A stretch of DNA of 64,000 nt from an uncultured Chlamydiae bacterium (GTDB lineage Bacteria > Chlamydiota > Chlamydiia > Chlamydiales > SM23-39), in contig CAWHDP010000001.1 of assembly GCA_963828125.1 (NCBI GenBank), positions 160,001-224,000 on the forward strand. Reading direction: 5' to 3'. The notes under the pieces were generated by a model. The model was not told the origin of the DNA and searched no databases. It saw only the letters and a list, made by a program, of their open reading frames with translations. Position 1 is the first letter of the stretch; every line of letters starts with the position of its first letter. The position numbers and the translations under genes were made by a program. Positions 62,317-64,000 of the stretch are shown here, one piece after another.

Positions 62317-62697
62317 ATGAATGGGGATCTATCAAGAAAGATCATTGACGCCGCGGTGGAGGTTCATCATCTCCTTGGCGGCCCGGGGCTTTTGGAGAGC
62401 GTCTACGAATCGGCCCTTTGCCACGAGCTAGGGCTTCGCGGATTGGAGAGTAAGCGGCAGATGCCGATCCCTGTACTCTATAAAAATGTCCCGGTTCGAG
62501 AGCCCCTTTTCCTCGATATTTTGGTCGAAAATCGGGTGATCATTGAGGTGAAGGCAAATGGGATTGACTATCCCTACTATCAAGTCCAGCTATCGACCTA
62601 TATGCGCTTGACCGGTAAAAAATCGGGACTCCTCATCAATTTTGGGAAAGTGAACATCCACGACGGGATACGATCTGTGGAGAGTGCTGTAAAATAG
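62317..62697 (+). CDS. GxxExxY family protein (PD-(D/E)XK nuclease-like)
   Basis: GPGLLESVYE, DILVE..VIIEVKA, QLSTYM, GLLINFG. Confidence 0.9.
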   Translation: MNGDLSRKIIDAAVEVHHLLGGPGLLESVYESALCHELGLRGLESKRQMPIPVLYKNVPVREPLFLDILVENRVIIEVKANGIDYPYYQVQLSTYMRLTGKKSGLLINFGKVNIHDGIRSVESAVK

Positions 62698-62706
62698 GAG
62701 ATCTCT

Positions 62707-63348
62707 ATGTTTGAGAAAAAATGGTTTTGCGCCACGTTTTGCGCGGTTTGTTCAATTGTCTATCCGGAGACGCTTCCTCTCCCTTATAGCACCTTAAAGG
62801 AGGTGCGCCCTTTTGTCGATTTTGGGTTTTATGGCAATGCAGAGCCGCTCCATGAGTTGATTGCTAAGCATTCCGTCAAGAGCGTGATTGAGGTGGGTGT
62901 GTTTATCGGCAAATCGGCCATGGATATGGCGGCGCAGCTTCCTGAGGACGGGGTATTGTATGCGGTCGACCATTTTTTGGGTTCTGTTGAACATCAGCCG
63001 GGCCAAGGAGCTTGGCATCCCTGCCAGCCTTACCTTTATGAACAGTTTTTATCGAACGTGATCCATGCCAAACTCACCCACAAAATGATCCCGGTTCGGA
63101 TGGCGAGTCTTGAAGCGGCTCGAGTGCTGGAGACGACGCAGCCCGATCTCATCTACATAGATGCATCTCATGACACCGAGTCGGTCTACAAAGATCTTTG
63201 CGCCTGGTTCCCTTTAGTGGATGGAAGGGGAATTTTATGCGGGGACGACTGGTTGTGGGATTCGGTTCGGGCAGCTGTAGAGCGGTTTGCTAAGGAAGAA
63301 AAACTAAAGATCCACACCGCCGATTCTTTCTGGTGGTTAGAGGAATAG
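62707..63348 (+). CDS. Class I SAM-dependent methyltransferase (Methyltransf_24-like)
   Basis: VIEVGVFIGKS, AVDHF, DLIYIDASH, GILCGDDW. Confidence 0.88.
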   Translation: MFEKKWFCATFCAVCSIVYPETLPLPYSTLKEVRPFVDFGFYGNAEPLHELIAKHSVKSVIEVGVFIGKSAMDMAAQLPEDGVLYAVDHFLGSVEHQPGQGAWHPCQPYLYEQFLSNVIHAKLTHKMIPVRMASLEAARVLETTQPDLIYIDASHDTESVYKDLCAWFPLVDGRGILCGDDWLWDSVRAAVERFAKEEKLKIHTADSFWWLEE

Positions 63349-63355
63349 GGAGCTG

Positions 63356-64000
63356 CTAAAATTTCAAACTCAGCGTCGCGTAGGGTCCGTTGACAGAGAA
63401 GTCGCTCTGAACGTGCTTCATGCTGCCGGTGGAGAGCGATCCCAATTCGAGGGGGAGAATATTTTCATTCGTCTCGTAGCCGCTGAGCGCGTTCAGATAA
63501 ATAGCCCCCATGTAGCCGACCTCGAGTGTGAGGATATAGCCTCTGCAAAAATGGTAGGAGCCGTCTAGCCCCAGCGAGCCTTCTAAAGAGGGGACGACTT
63601 GAGAGACGCTTTTGCTCTGGACGCTTTCCCGGTTCGAGCTGACGCCTACCGCTTCAAGCGATGCTGAGGAACCGGTAAATTTGTACTCGGCAGGTTGCAT
63701 GCTGCCGAATAAAAGGCCTGCTGCAAATTCTCCTATGAAACGGAAAGTGGAGTAGAGAGTGTAGACGTTGACGAGGCCGAGTCGCGGGCCCATGCCGAGA
63801 TAGGTGGAGGTGTTCTCGAGAAGGAGGGAAGGGGGTGGGGCGGGGTGTTGGAAAGTGGAAGTGAGCCGTTCTTTAATTCGTATCCCGCTTAAGCCTGAGA
63901 ACAGGCGTATCTGCATATGGGGGCCGATATTGACGTTCGTCCCCACATCGAGATTGACTACATCGTAGTGAAAATCGACTTTCGCTTTGGCCTCGGTCAA
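63356..64000 (-). CDS. Outer-membrane beta-barrel protein (Lpg1974/MOMP-like porin), 5' end outside the window
   Basis: Alternating beta strands, GMGPRLG, LEVGY, ends GPYATLSLKF. Confidence 0.7.
   Translation of the reverse strand: MTEAKAKVDFHYDVVNLDVGTNVNIGPHMQIRLFSGLSGIRIKERLTSTFQHPAPPPSLLLENTSTYLGMGPRLGLVNVYTLYSTFRFIGEFAAGLLFGSMQPAEYKFTGSSASLEAVGVSSNRESVQSKSVSQVVPSLEGSLGLDGSYHFCRGYILTLEVGYMGAIYLNALSGYETNENILPLELGSLSTGSMKHVQSDFSVNGPYATLSLKF

Noticed and set aside
62317..63348. GxxExxY nuclease-like gene plus methyltransferase as a restriction-modification system
   Set aside because: The methyltransferase lacks DNA MTase catalytic motifs (DPPY/NPPY/PCQ), has a signal-like N-terminus and resembles small-molecule or glycan methyltransferases.

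Overview
A 64-kb chromosomal segment from an environmental member of the phylum Chlamydiota, apparently not Chlamydiaceae. Evidence: chlamydial-type 16S/23S sequence, tRNAs in the rRNA spacer, a chlamydial gene set and a fused E1 alpha/beta dehydrogenase. Most of the window is housekeeping: lptB, kdsA, rluD, recX, hemA, asnS, nfo, rpsD, trhO, an SNF2 helicase, pheT, yidD, serS, hflX and radC, plus a complete rRNA operon (16S-tRNA-Ala-tRNA-Ile-23S-5S) and three other tRNAs. The most unusual part is an AT-richer locus of about 6.5 kb (about 44.5-51.1 kb) between an FAD oxidoreductase gene and a PhnP-like gene. It holds four genes sharing one unrecognised domain of about 110 aa, and four different short palindromic or MITE-like elements at the junctions. 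It also holds a ~1.2-kb tandem duplication in which ~500 bp of flanking DNA differs at one base, while the two 206-aa paralogs differ at about 56 residues; I found no purely synonymous change by hand. The right end has two non-Pmp autotransporters: one with two passengers in tandem, and one with seven ~54-aa repeats that suggest a beta-propeller with variable loops. Two genes (rluD and a heavy-metal ATPase) have single-base homopolymer frameshifts that may be sequencing errors. All calls come from reading motifs by eye; no database searches were run.
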